Below are positions 51,985-61,412 of a stretch of 64,000 nt of DNA, piece after piece. The notes beneath the pieces are model-generated. The model did no database searches, had not been told where the DNA came from, and saw only the letters and a list, made by a program, of their open reading frames with translations. Source of the stretch: a virus. The position numbers and the translations under genes are program-made. Every line of letters begins with the position of its first letter. The first letter of the stretch is position 1. The stretch lies in the IMG/VR virus record IMGVR_UViG_3300032116_000031, positions 64,001-128,000 of that record; one strand, written 5' to 3'.

Positions 51985-53211
51985 TTAATGAATCTCAATA
52001 ACTTTACATTCTTTTCCAATTTCTTTCCCTTTTTTCAGGGATTTCCCAGAGCCTATTGGCTTACTGTCCATTGGCGTTGATTCGGGCGAACTCAACCCTA
52101 TTTTTAATTTTAAACCTTCTTTTAGAATATTGTTTGCTGCATTAATATCTCGATCATGTTCAGAACCACAACTTAGACATGTCCAAAAACGATCATTTAA
52201 TTTCAAATCATCATTTTTTGCACCGCAACAGCCGCATTGTTTGCTTGAAGGAAAGAATCGGTTTATTTCAATCACTTCTTTATTATTCCAAATTGCTTTG
52301 TATTGAAGTATCGATTTAAACCTATACCAACTAACGTCTTGTATTGATGCAGCTAATTTATGGTTTTTCATCATTCCCTTAACGTTGAGGTTTTCAATTA
52401 CAATAATTTGGTTTTCATTAAGCAACTGATTTACAACGCTATGCAAATAATATTCTTTTTTATTAGTTATTTTTTCAAAATGTTTTGCCAGCTTTACTCT
52501 TGCCTTTTCGCGGCCTTTAGAACCTTTTTTCGTTCTACTTAGCCACCGTTGCAAACGAGCTGTCTTATTCTTATTTTTTTTATTCAGTTTTAAATTATCA
52601 AACTTTTGGCCATCAGATGTTATGACAAAATCTTTTATCCCCAGATCAATCCCAATAGCGCTATCCGTTTCAGGGAATGATTTGATAAGTTCGGTGTCAA
52701 TCAAAACAGAGATAAAATATTTACCCGTTCTTGTTTTGGATAAGGTTAATGATTTAACATTGTTTTGATTCTCGTTTAAGATCCTTTCATCCCTTACAGA
52801 GCATTTAAAATGAATATCTTTCAAGACCTTTATCAAAGATATCCTGTTACCTTTAATGCCCATAAAAGCATCATTAGGGAACCTACAAGAGCTTTTAGTA
52901 TCCCTTTTTGATTTGAATTTGGGTTTATCCGATATCTTTTTGAAAAAGTTATTAAAGGCTTTATCCAAATCAATAGCACTTTGTTGAAGAACCTTTGAAT
53001 GAACCTCTTTCAAAAAAGGAAAATCAGATTTTAAAGAGGTTAGATACTTACCAGCTTCCGCAAAAGAAATCGATTTTTTTGAGCTTTCATAACTTTCATT
53101 TTTGTAATGTAGCAATTTGTTATAAACAAAACGACAAGACCCCAACAGGTTTGCAATATAGTGCTCCTGTTCATTATTTGGGTAAATTCTTATCTTAATT
53201 GCTTTTAACAT
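51985..53211 (-). mobile_element. tnpB: IS200/IS605-family TnpB RNA-guided nuclease, with no tnpA nearby
   Basis: HTH KAIKIRIYP..EQ, RuvC GIDLG / IENL / DRDINAA, Zn finger CGCC..CLSC. Confidence 0.92.
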
Positions 53212-53290
53212 AAAATTAATTTTATTATTAATTAATTGCCATTCTCGTTTTTGTTTAAAAAACAAAAAATCAATGAAATTAACGAGATGA

Positions 53291-54379
53291 TTACTTGTTA
53301 AATCTATCGAATGTGTTTTTTGATATATGGTCCACTGTTGCAGTTTTTTTGAATTCTGCTATTGTTTTACAACCTGAATAAGACATAGCTGATTTCAAAT
53401 AGTCTTGAAAATTTTCAATCCAACCAGCCAAGGTATATTCAACATAATTAATCTTTTCGATACCTTCTGATGATCTGAATTCAGTTTTACCCCAATCCTT
53501 TTGGACTGATTTTGTAGACATGCCTCTGAACGTAGAGGTTATCATTCTATATTTAATTAGTGAGCTAACATCTGTATCTAATATAAATTCATAAGATGTA
53601 TTAGTTAAATCGGATGTAAATTCCAAAGTACCGTCTTCTTTCACCCTAAGAATATCAGTTACCTTACTTTGATCCTCATCATCATACATAACGATGCTTT
53701 TTTGGGAGCAAGATTCTAAAGTTTTGTTGAGTATACCCCCTAACATTACATAATCTGCTCCGAGGGCTAGTGCTAATATAACGTCCCTATATGTTCTAAA
53801 TCCTCCGTCTGCAACGATTTGGGTGTTTATATGGGGTTTAACCATTTTTAAAGCACTCAAAGAGCTTTTGCAATCTGCTATAAGAGTTGCCATACCTTGA
53901 CCAACAGCAGTATGAACACTCGTAAGACATCCAGATCCAGATCCAACTCCTGCTCTGATATAATCACAACCAGTGCTAGCTAATGCTACAAATGCTTCTT
54001 TAGAAGCGATATTCCCTGACATTATGATTACATTTGGGTATTTTGATTTTGCATTACGGATAGCGTTATGTAGTGCAGGCATATTACCGTTTGCAACATC
54101 AATACAAATTTTTTTGTGGTTCAAATCAATTGATTTGATCATTTCTTCGAATTCTACTAATCCAACAGAAATGAAATCTTCTTCATTAACTTCTACACCA
54201 GCATTTCTGGGAAAACATAAATTAATTCCCGCATTTTTAAAAACTTGTGCGTTGTCTTTTGACAGGACAGTGTCCATAGGGGCATTAAAAATTGGAAAGT
54301 ATTCCAAATTAACTTCTGAACGACTGTTCAAACCGACTGGTTTTTGAACCAGTACCAAATCATTAAAATCTAATTGCAT
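53291..54379 (-). CDS. guaC: GMP reductase / IMPDH-family enzyme
   Basis: APMDTV, IDVANG, GVGSGSGCLT, ADGG, GADYVMLG, FRGMS; no CBS domain; TACCTTTG at 54404-54397 favours start MQLDF. Confidence 0.75.
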   Translation of the reverse strand: MQLDFNDLVLVQKPVGLNSRSEVNLEYFPIFNAPMDTVLSKDNAQVFKNAGINLCFPRNAGVEVNEEDFISVGLVEFEEMIKSIDLNHKKICIDVANGNMPALHNAIRNAKSKYPNVIIMSGNIASKEAFVALASTGCDYIRAGVGSGSGCLTSVHTAVGQGMATLIADCKSSLSALKMVKPHINTQIVADGGFRTYRDVILALALGADYVMLGGILNKTLESCSQKSIVMYDDEDQSKVTDILRVKEDGTLEFTSDLTNTSYEFILDTDVSSLIKYRMITSTFRGMSTKSVQKDWGKTEFRSSEGIEKINYVEYTLAGWIENFQDYLKSAMSYSGCKTIAEFKKTATVDHISKNTFDRFNK

Positions 54380-54437
54380 ATTATTGTTATTTTCCACAAA
54401 GGTAATGAAAAAAACAATATGGTTAAAATTTTTTTAA

Positions 54438-54962
54438 TTAAAATTCAAACTTTAATTCATTTTTATCAACTGGAGTACAAATTAGTGTTTTAAAGTGTGA
54501 TTTAAAACCTCCCCAGCTTCTAACGTTTTCATAAGTTTTAATTGAATCGTCTGCTATTTGATACACCAAAGGGAACGGCGCTTTTAACCCATCATCTATC
54601 ATATATACAATATAGTCACCGTATTTAGGTATAGCATTTTTAAATTTGAGTTCTGGTATTAAAACGTGTATTAATAGATTACCTAATTCTTTTAATCTAA
54701 AACTGTTGTCATCGTTGTAGGATTGATTCTTAGGCTCTACTACATCTACCATTGCATATAGTTCAATTGGATCATTTAAGTAAACTTCATTAGATTCATT
54801 TTCGTGGTATAAAGAATCTCTGTTATTATTATTAAAATCAACTGTATATAGATACACTTTTTGATTAATATCTGATAAATATTCATAAGCCATTCTGACT
54901 TCTAAATCATATTCGTTTTCATCAAAAAATTTATCTATCCTATTGTTTGTAATTTGGTCCAT
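54438..54962 (-). CDS. Probable neck / head-closure protein, gp14-like
   Basis: VYLY.VD...LY.E...P.EL...GD.I pattern. Confidence 0.5.
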   Translation of the reverse strand: MDQITNNRIDKFFDENEYDLEVRMAYEYLSDINQKVYLYTVDFNNNNRDSLYHENESNEVYLNDPIELYAMVDVVEPKNQSYNDDNSFRLKELGNLLIHVLIPELKFKNAIPKYGDYIVYMIDDGLKAPFPLVYQIADDSIKTYENVRSWGGFKSHFKTLICTPVDKNELKFEF

Positions 54963-55046
54963 TTATTTTATTCTGGGTCTTTTTTTATTTTTTGAATTTC
55001 GATTAATGGTAACTCTTTTGCTAAAATGATAGCTTTCTTTTTCATA

Positions 55047-55457
55047 TTAATAAAGCAATTGTTTAAGTTTAATATTAATCAACTTTAAATTGTCAATCTC
55101 CTCCTTTAGATAATCAACTCTATTAGCTAGCAATTTTAATAGACCATCATCATCATATTTAAAGCTCCTTTGTTCATATTCTGTCAAAGGCCCTCCTATA
55201 ATTAAAGATTCAAAATGTAATAAAGAACTGTTGTTTTCACGTATATCAGAAATACAATCATCTAATTTATTAACGATATACGTGAAACTCAACTGTTCTT
55301 GACTTTCGTTATTTTGTGCTATTGTTTCTTTTTCCATGTTTACTTCTAATCTATCAATGTAATTTGTTTCAGAGCTTTGATAAAAGGAATCAGAAAATAA
55401 ACTGTCTAAGTTTCTTCTAGCTAATTCGGAATCAAATTTATGTTTATTCTTACTCAT
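55047..55457 (-). CDS. Hypothetical protein
   Basis: 136 aa ORF; TATATTTG just upstream. Confidence 0.6.
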   Translation of the reverse strand: MSKNKHKFDSELARRNLDSLFSDSFYQSSETNYIDRLEVNMEKETIAQNNESQEQLSFTYIVNKLDDCISDIRENNSSLLHFESLIIGGPLTEYEQRSFKYDDDGLLKLLANRVDYLKEEIDNLKLINIKLKQLLY

Positions 55458-55487
55458 ATAATCAAATATAAGTAAAAATAAAGAAAA

Positions 55488-56300
55488 TTAAAGCAAAAAT
55501 TCTTTGTAAGTATTTTTCTCTTTATGTCCGTTCACCACTTGGAAATTAGGTGTTTGTGGATAACCTGCCTTAGAAACTTGTTCGTGGATTCTTTTAAACA
55601 TCTGATAGTAATTCAAAGCTTTATTAGAATCATTAGCTAAAACTTTTTCTAGGCTAGCTGTGAAGAGGCCCATAGGTCTTTTATCTATAAAAGATTTTAG
55701 GTCATAAGAAACTTGGAATTCAGTAGAAGAAGAATAAGCTATAATATTACAAGCTAAATCACTTTCTTCAATTAGATTTGTTGGTAATTCCAATTCCTTT
55801 TTTAGACCTGCAACTTTAAGAATATCAGAGAAATCCAGTGATCTAACTTGTGCATCATCATTTTCGCCGTCCAAATCAATCGACTTAAAATTATCTCTTG
55901 CATGACAGCAATCTGATACCCATACAATATTAACACCTTCTTTAAACTTCTTTAAAAATTCCTTGGTTTCATAATCCCAAACTATTCTATCATATAGGCA
56001 TAAAGCAGTTCTTCTTTTTTCTTTACCTCCACCTTCATAGTCTTCGTAAGTACCATGACAAGAGATATTAAAAAAGAAAGTGTCACCAGCTTCCAATTCT
56101 TCTGAAAGTTTGTTTAAAAAATCGACATATACTTGGTAAGTAGCTTTCTCGGATAAGAAAACATTAGTTTCAAATCCTTTTTCTTTTGCTAAGCTTTCCA
56201 TAAAAATAATGTCGTTTTCACAACCTCTCAAATCATTACCTGAACCGTAATAATTTGGATCAAATTTGTTAATACCAAAATGCAATGATACTTTTTTCAT
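55488..56300 (-). CDS. Metacaspase / peptidase C14
   Basis: GIN, LRGCEND, SCHG (catalytic His), SDCCH (catalytic Cys), GLFT, QTP. Confidence 0.88.
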   Translation of the reverse strand: MKKVSLHFGINKFDPNYYGSGNDLRGCENDIIFMESLAKEKGFETNVFLSEKATYQVYVDFLNKLSEELEAGDTFFFNISCHGTYEDYEGGGKEKRRTALCLYDRIVWDYETKEFLKKFKEGVNIVWVSDCCHARDNFKSIDLDGENDDAQVRSLDFSDILKVAGLKKELELPTNLIEESDLACNIIAYSSSTEFQVSYDLKSFIDKRPMGLFTASLEKVLANDSNKALNYYQMFKRIHEQVSKAGYPQTPNFQVVNGHKEKNTYKEFLL

Positions 56301-56335
56301 ATTTTGTTTTTTTATATAAATATATTTTTTTGTAA

Positions 56336-57427
56336 TTAATAGAGTAAATTTTCGGCTAATTGAATAATTAAATCTGTAACTTGGTCTACTTTATTGGAAT
56401 CTTTATCACAGGCGTTATAAATCATATCGCGTTCATTTTTAGCGATATTTTTATAATTAACCGTTGCACTTTTAGGTTTTGCGATTTCGCCGTCCACCTC
56501 CCAATACTGATCCATAACAAAATCAGAAACCAATAAAAGCCCATCATTATTATAAACAAAACTTTCCACGAACTTATTTAATAAATTCTTATAAGTACCA
56601 GATTTAGAATAATAATTCTCAATGAAATAATCAAGATCATCTCTATCAGATTCAGCTATTTTAACATAACCAAAAATACCTTTCAGTAAATGTGTATCGT
56701 ACCTATCATCATCTTGGAGCAATATTGGAATTATTTTTCTGTTATAAACTAAAAAATCAGAATCTCCAACCATCATAACAAAAACGTCATTCTTGTTATT
56801 AAAATCCAAATCAACTGATGCCTTCTCTCCCTTTTTAGGCTCTTCTTTCAATTGAGCTAAAATCTCATTTACCTTCTCTTTTGAAATAACCCCCTTTCTA
56901 ACTAAATCACTGTATAGACCCTTAGCTAAAAAGTCTTTTACAGTACTTAGATAATAATCCTTGGTTAATTTATACCCAGCAGGAGAAAAGCCACCAGAAT
57001 CACTATCAGGATTCCTCTTCAAATATTCTCTCAAAACAATCTTACCGAATCCCCAACCCTTATATTCATTTACAGTAGTAACCAACACTGATCCTAAAAA
57101 ATCCATAGCAACTGATACCCTCACATCATCTTCATCAAAGATACCAATATTGCCTTTATCAGACATTTTAACTTTAAAGTCAGCATTGTTGACTTTAATA
57201 TTATTTATCAGCTTTGGATATGCCTTGTATCCAATATTAGGATTTTCTTTATAACTTAATTCTTCAGCGTAGGAAGAGTTATAAAGTTCTGGGGAATGTG
57301 ACTTACCGCTTTTATTAATATATTTATCACGATATTCCTCCCAAGTCATTAAAGCAGGTTCAACAGATTTGTTTTCAAATTCGTTAGTTGCTTCATTGAT
57401 TGTTGCTTCACTGATAATAATTTTCAT
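56336..57427 (-). CDS. GNAT-like protein with MKIIISE..INE leader
   Basis: VNEYKGWGFGKIV acetyl-CoA-binding motif; SGGFSPAG. Confidence 0.55.
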   Translation of the reverse strand: MKIIISEATINEATNEFENKSVEPALMTWEEYRDKYINKSGKSHSPELYNSSYAEELSYKENPNIGYKAYPKLINNIKVNNADFKVKMSDKGNIGIFDEDDVRVSVAMDFLGSVLVTTVNEYKGWGFGKIVLREYLKRNPDSDSGGFSPAGYKLTKDYYLSTVKDFLAKGLYSDLVRKGVISKEKVNEILAQLKEEPKKGEKASVDLDFNNKNDVFVMMVGDSDFLVYNRKIIPILLQDDDRYDTHLLKGIFGYVKIAESDRDDLDYFIENYYSKSGTYKNLLNKFVESFVYNNDGLLLVSDFVMDQYWEVDGEIAKPKSATVNYKNIAKNERDMIYNACDKDSNKVDQVTDLIIQLAENLLY

Positions 57428-57429
57428 AA

Positions 57430-58593
57430 TTATTTAATTAATTTTAAAAAGTTTTCTGTTTCTAATTGGTTGATTTTCTCACCTAATTCTTTACCTTTGA
57501 CGTTATATTCTTTAGCAACATCATCTCCACTTAAAGATAGTTGAAATTTTATAAAAGCGTCGGAGAAGCTTTCATTAAATCCTAAAATTTCATTTAAGAA
57601 ATATCTCAAATCATTATCAGAAATAATCACCTTAGAGATTTTTCTTTTTAAGATTGGGGCATTTTCAGCACTTAAATTCTTCAAGGAAATTAAAGTAGAT
57701 ATATTATAGGCTTCTTTACTTGTGTATTTATAATTGTTTAATTTAGAGCTTACCAATTCAGGACTGTTGTTTAACAATAAGGTAGCTATTATTATTTCAG
57801 GGTTTTTATATTCAATAAAATCGTAATTGACTTTCAAATCAGGGAATATTTGAGGGAATAAATCCAAGTCTTTTATCATGTTTAAATAAAACACTGTGGA
57901 TTTAGCTTTACTTAAGCCCTTTAAAAATTCATCTCTAATTCTTTCAAATGATACTCCTTTTAGAGAGTTGTTGGATTGGACGGCGGATTTAATATCTGGG
58001 TTCAAATCAGAATTAGTTATTGCCGCAAATCTTATAGCTCTCAATATTCTAATTCTATCTTCATTGAATCTATCCTCTGCATTGCCCACAGTTCTTATCT
58101 GACCGCTTTTTATGTCATCAACGCCTCCAACTAAGTCAATTACTTTATCCTTCGTTATATCGTAATATAGAGCGTTTATAGTTAAATCACGTCTTTTAAC
58201 GTCTGAATCAATATTCGCAAATTTAATAGATTCTGGTCTTCTACCATCTTTATATTCACCATCTTCTCTGAAGGTAGCTATTTCATATTCTTCACCGTTT
58301 ATGATAACAGAAATTACGCCAAAAGATTTGCCCTTTGGAATTATGGTATCATAACCTTCTTTTTCCAATATTTCAATTACTCTATCTGGGTTAGCATCAG
58401 TAGCTAAATCGTAATCTTTTGGTTCTTTACCGTAAAATAAGTCCCTGACAGCTCCACCCACAATGAATAAATCGTGCCCATTTCTATTAAATTGTTTTGC
58501 TAAAACTTTAATGTCACTTGGAACATTCATTTTTAAGTTTTCAGATTCTTCGTTTAGTCTTCTAATTATAGACTCATTTATTAAAATTTTCAT
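57430..58593 (-). CDS. cca: CCA tRNA nucleotidyltransferase (class II)
   Basis: VGGAVRD, DYD, TFR, RRDLTINAL, EDRIRILRAIRF, ERI. Confidence 0.88.
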   Translation of the reverse strand: MKILINESIIRRLNEESENLKMNVPSDIKVLAKQFNRNGHDLFIVGGAVRDLFYGKEPKDYDLATDANPDRVIEILEKEGYDTIIPKGKSFGVISVIINGEEYEIATFREDGEYKDGRRPESIKFANIDSDVKRRDLTINALYYDITKDKVIDLVGGVDDIKSGQIRTVGNAEDRFNEDRIRILRAIRFAAITNSDLNPDIKSAVQSNNSLKGVSFERIRDEFLKGLSKAKSTVFYLNMIKDLDLFPQIFPDLKVNYDFIEYKNPEIIIATLLLNNSPELVSSKLNNYKYTSKEAYNISTLISLKNLSAENAPILKRKISKVIISDNDLRYFLNEILGFNESFSDAFIKFQLSLSGDDVAKEYNVKGKELGEKINQLETENFLKLIK

Positions 58594-58664
58594 ATTTTAA
58601 CCTTTATTGTTTACAATAAATATGTAATTTTGATATATTTATAATAAAATATTATATATAAACT

Positions 58665-59468
58665 ATGAAAATGACCGTTAAAGAATTCAAAGAATTAATG
58701 TCAACTGACGATAATGAATTATTAGATGAAGGATTATTAGATTTCTTCAGAAAGAAAAAACCAGCTGAAGCAGAACAAGAACCATCAGGAGAGGAACCAT
58801 CAAACAATACATCGCAACAAACGATTGCTATGTTAGAAGATTTCAGGGATTTATACGATGATATGAAATCTTTTGCAGCAATTGTAAAAATCAATAGAGA
58901 TGAAGTATATGATCTATCAGTTATTGAAACTAAATTAGATTTAATTGATGATATTAAAGCTAATAGAGGGATGAGCGAAAGCGAGAAACAAAACAGAATT
59001 AAGAAACATGTTGACATGTTGAGAAATAAACTTATCCCTGAATTGTTGCAATCATTAGCTAATAACTACGGAAAATCAGGAACGTTTAAAAAATCATTTG
59101 ATGATAGAATATTAATGTTGTATGGTATTAAAATACCAGAGGTAAAGATGACTTCCACTAAATACCCATTAAGTTCGTTACCAGAAATAGTTGATTCAAT
59201 GATTGAATTTGCTTCATCAAAAGGGTATAAAAAGACATATATGAATAAATTAAACTTGTTAAAGAGAAGAGCTATACATCTTAGTTCACTTGAAAAACAA
59301 GGCCCTGAAGCGTTAAGCCAAAATGCCGATGTAGTTGAAAATTTAGTTACAATACTAAAAAATACATTAAGAGCATGGAGAAGAAAATTTGATGAAACTA
59401 TTTACAATGAGTTACCTTACAACGTTAAAAAGTTTGCATTAAACGAAAATAAAAAGAGAAGAGGATAA
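58665..59468 (+). CDS. Hypothetical protein with MKMTVKEF..LLDEG leader
   Basis: 267 aa; TATTTATA box at 58636-58643. Confidence 0.65.
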   Translation: MKMTVKEFKELMSTDDNELLDEGLLDFFRKKKPAEAEQEPSGEEPSNNTSQQTIAMLEDFRDLYDDMKSFAAIVKINRDEVYDLSVIETKLDLIDDIKANRGMSESEKQNRIKKHVDMLRNKLIPELLQSLANNYGKSGTFKKSFDDRILMLYGIKIPEVKMTSTKYPLSSLPEIVDSMIEFASSKGYKKTYMNKLNLLKRRAIHLSSLEKQGPEALSQNADVVENLVTILKNTLRAWRRKFDETIYNELPYNVKKFALNENKKRRG

Positions 59469-59469
59469 C

Positions 59470-59500
59470 AAAAAAGGGGACCAAATGGGTCCCCTTTTTT
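59470..59500. terminator. Bidirectional intrinsic terminator
   Basis: AAAAAAGGGGACC-AAATG-GGTCCCCTTTTTT between convergent genes. Confidence 0.88.
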
Positions 59501-61374
59501 TATTCGTATGTTTTTTCAAATTTCCAATTGCCACAATCCCAAACCCTATCAAAACCCAAATAAATCATCATTTCTTTTTCCGTCATTGAGCTATCCAATT
59601 CAGGATATTCTTTAAGGATTTTATGTTTTTGGTACCGCATTCTATTGAATAGCTTTGCACCGTATTTTTTATTATAATAATGGTACACTGGAGGTTGCTG
59701 TTCAATTAGTTTGAAACCTAGTTTTGTATATAGGTTATTTTCTCCATCTGGTGTCCATCTTATATCTGCGAATGTTTTTATTTTGGACGGCGAAAAATCT
59801 CGCTCAAATTTTCTTAACATTTTTGATGCCAAACCCCGAATATGATAATTGTAGTTTGTGGCATATCTGTTCAAATCATATACACCTGCTTCACTTGTCC
59901 TTTTAAAAGTCATAACCCCCACCATTTCGCCGTCCAACACCGCACCATACCGTATAGGAGAAGTATCACCCCCCTGTATATGATATTTCTCTAAAAAATC
60001 AAAACTCTCATTGTGAGAAATCTCAATTATTTCACACGACCTAGCGTGCCCCTTCTTACCTAAATTTAAACCACAAGCATTTAATATCTTATTCCTTAAT
60101 AAATCTGGTTTCTCAAGATACTCATTCTCAAATATATGATACAATTTAATTCCATCTTCCTTGGCTTGATTTGTCTTATCTAAATGATAATATCTATCCT
60201 TACCACCATTATTCAAACTGCCATTAACCAAACCCTCACAATGATAAAGCAAACCGTTAGCCTCAAAACCAATGTTGCCATAAACAACATCCACCTCCTT
60301 ATTATTAGATAATTTTTTCTTGGAAATCTTCTCACCCGTAACCTCCGTTATCACTTCTCCTACCCATTGCTCGAACTTAGAAAAAGTACTTGCACAACTA
60401 GGACAACCAGACTTTAATGTCATATGTTCATTCTGCGACTTCTTGAAAACCCCATGTTTAGGACATATAATATCCATCTTCGTTTTACTATTTACATTCT
60501 CCGTACATAAAGAATAATCATATTTATCCTTATGTATTTTTCGAGATTTTTCGATAAATTCATTTAAACAAAATCTACTAGCCTCTAATGAACATTCAGG
60601 ACAACCACTACCTCCAACATGATTATCAAATCTTTGATGAAACCATCCGTGTTTATTGCATTTTATTTTAATTTTACTGCCAATATTAGTATATTCTGTA
60701 AAATCATATTCGTATTTATCAGAATGAACAGCTATAACTTTCAATAAAAGTTCCTCATCAGTAAAACGTTGGAGTTCAGCTCCTTCTATTTTAGCACATA
60801 CAGGGCATTTTTGCCCCTGTAAATGAGCTGAAACTACCTGTGAAAATTCACCATGTGTAGGGCATATTATCGTTATTTTATCAGTGTTAATTTTAAAAGA
60901 AGCTTTACTATAATCATAACCCCTATCTTTATGAATAATTTTACATTTCTCTAAAAATGCGGTTAATTTTTCTTCAGGAGTACCACCATACTTACAAACA
61001 GGACATTTATACCCCTTTTTATGAACAGCAGGGATAGTTTGAAATTCACCGTGTTTTCTACAAATAATAGTTACAGGTGTTTTGTCATTTATATATTCAA
61101 CCTTAGAATAATCGAATTCATCACCGTGAATAGTTTTTGCCCTTTCTATAAATTCATTGGTTTTAGATAAATCAACAACAGGGATTTTCTTACACTCCCT
61201 GCATTTAGCACCCCTCAAATGAACGCTTGCTATAACCTCAAAATCACCATGTTTTGAACAAGTAATAATAACAGGTTTTTTGGTGTTAATAAAATTAACT
61301 TTTTCGTAGGAATATTCATCCCCATGAACCTTTCGCGCCATTTCAATAAATTCTTCTTGCGTAGTTTTTTTCAT
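59500..61374 (-). CDS. Putative homing endonuclease with five Zn-ribbon (DUF723/CapR-like) repeats and a PD-(D/E)xK-like nuclease
   Basis: 5x F...H..Y.Y...I.C..HG.F...H..G..C..C; EVD...GFEANG..YH; TACCTTTG at 61397-61390 favours start MKKTT. Confidence 0.75.
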   Translation of the reverse strand: MKKTTQEEFIEMARKVHGDEYSYEKVNFINTKKPVIITCSKHGDFEVIASVHLRGAKCRECKKIPVVDLSKTNEFIERAKTIHGDEFDYSKVEYINDKTPVTIICRKHGEFQTIPAVHKKGYKCPVCKYGGTPEEKLTAFLEKCKIIHKDRGYDYSKASFKINTDKITIICPTHGEFSQVVSAHLQGQKCPVCAKIEGAELQRFTDEELLLKVIAVHSDKYEYDFTEYTNIGSKIKIKCNKHGWFHQRFDNHVGGSGCPECSLEASRFCLNEFIEKSRKIHKDKYDYSLCTENVNSKTKMDIICPKHGVFKKSQNEHMTLKSGCPSCASTFSKFEQWVGEVITEVTGEKISKKKLSNNKEVDVVYGNIGFEANGLLYHCEGLVNGSLNNGGKDRYYHLDKTNQAKEDGIKLYHIFENEYLEKPDLLRNKILNACGLNLGKKGHARSCEIIEISHNESFDFLEKYHIQGGDTSPIRYGAVLDGEMVGVMTFKRTSEAGVYDLNRYATNYNYHIRGLASKMLRKFERDFSPSKIKTFADIRWTPDGENNLYTKLGFKLIEQQPPVYHYYNKKYGAKLFNRMRYQKHKILKEYPELDSSMTEKEMMIYLGFDRVWDCGNWKFEKTYE

Positions 61375-61412
61375 ATTCGTTATTTTACGCAAAGGTAAGA
61401 AAATTATATTAA

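Larger units (their letters stand above)
957..59936. repeat. Dispersed over-represented motif KTGGACGGCG(A), at least 28 exact 9-mer copies
   Basis: Counted by eye; coordinates are listed in findings. Confidence 0.95.

Noticed and set aside
54968-55045. 25-codon ORF MKKKAIILAKELPLIEIQKIKKDPE
   Set aside because: Fills the gap but is too short to support without homologues
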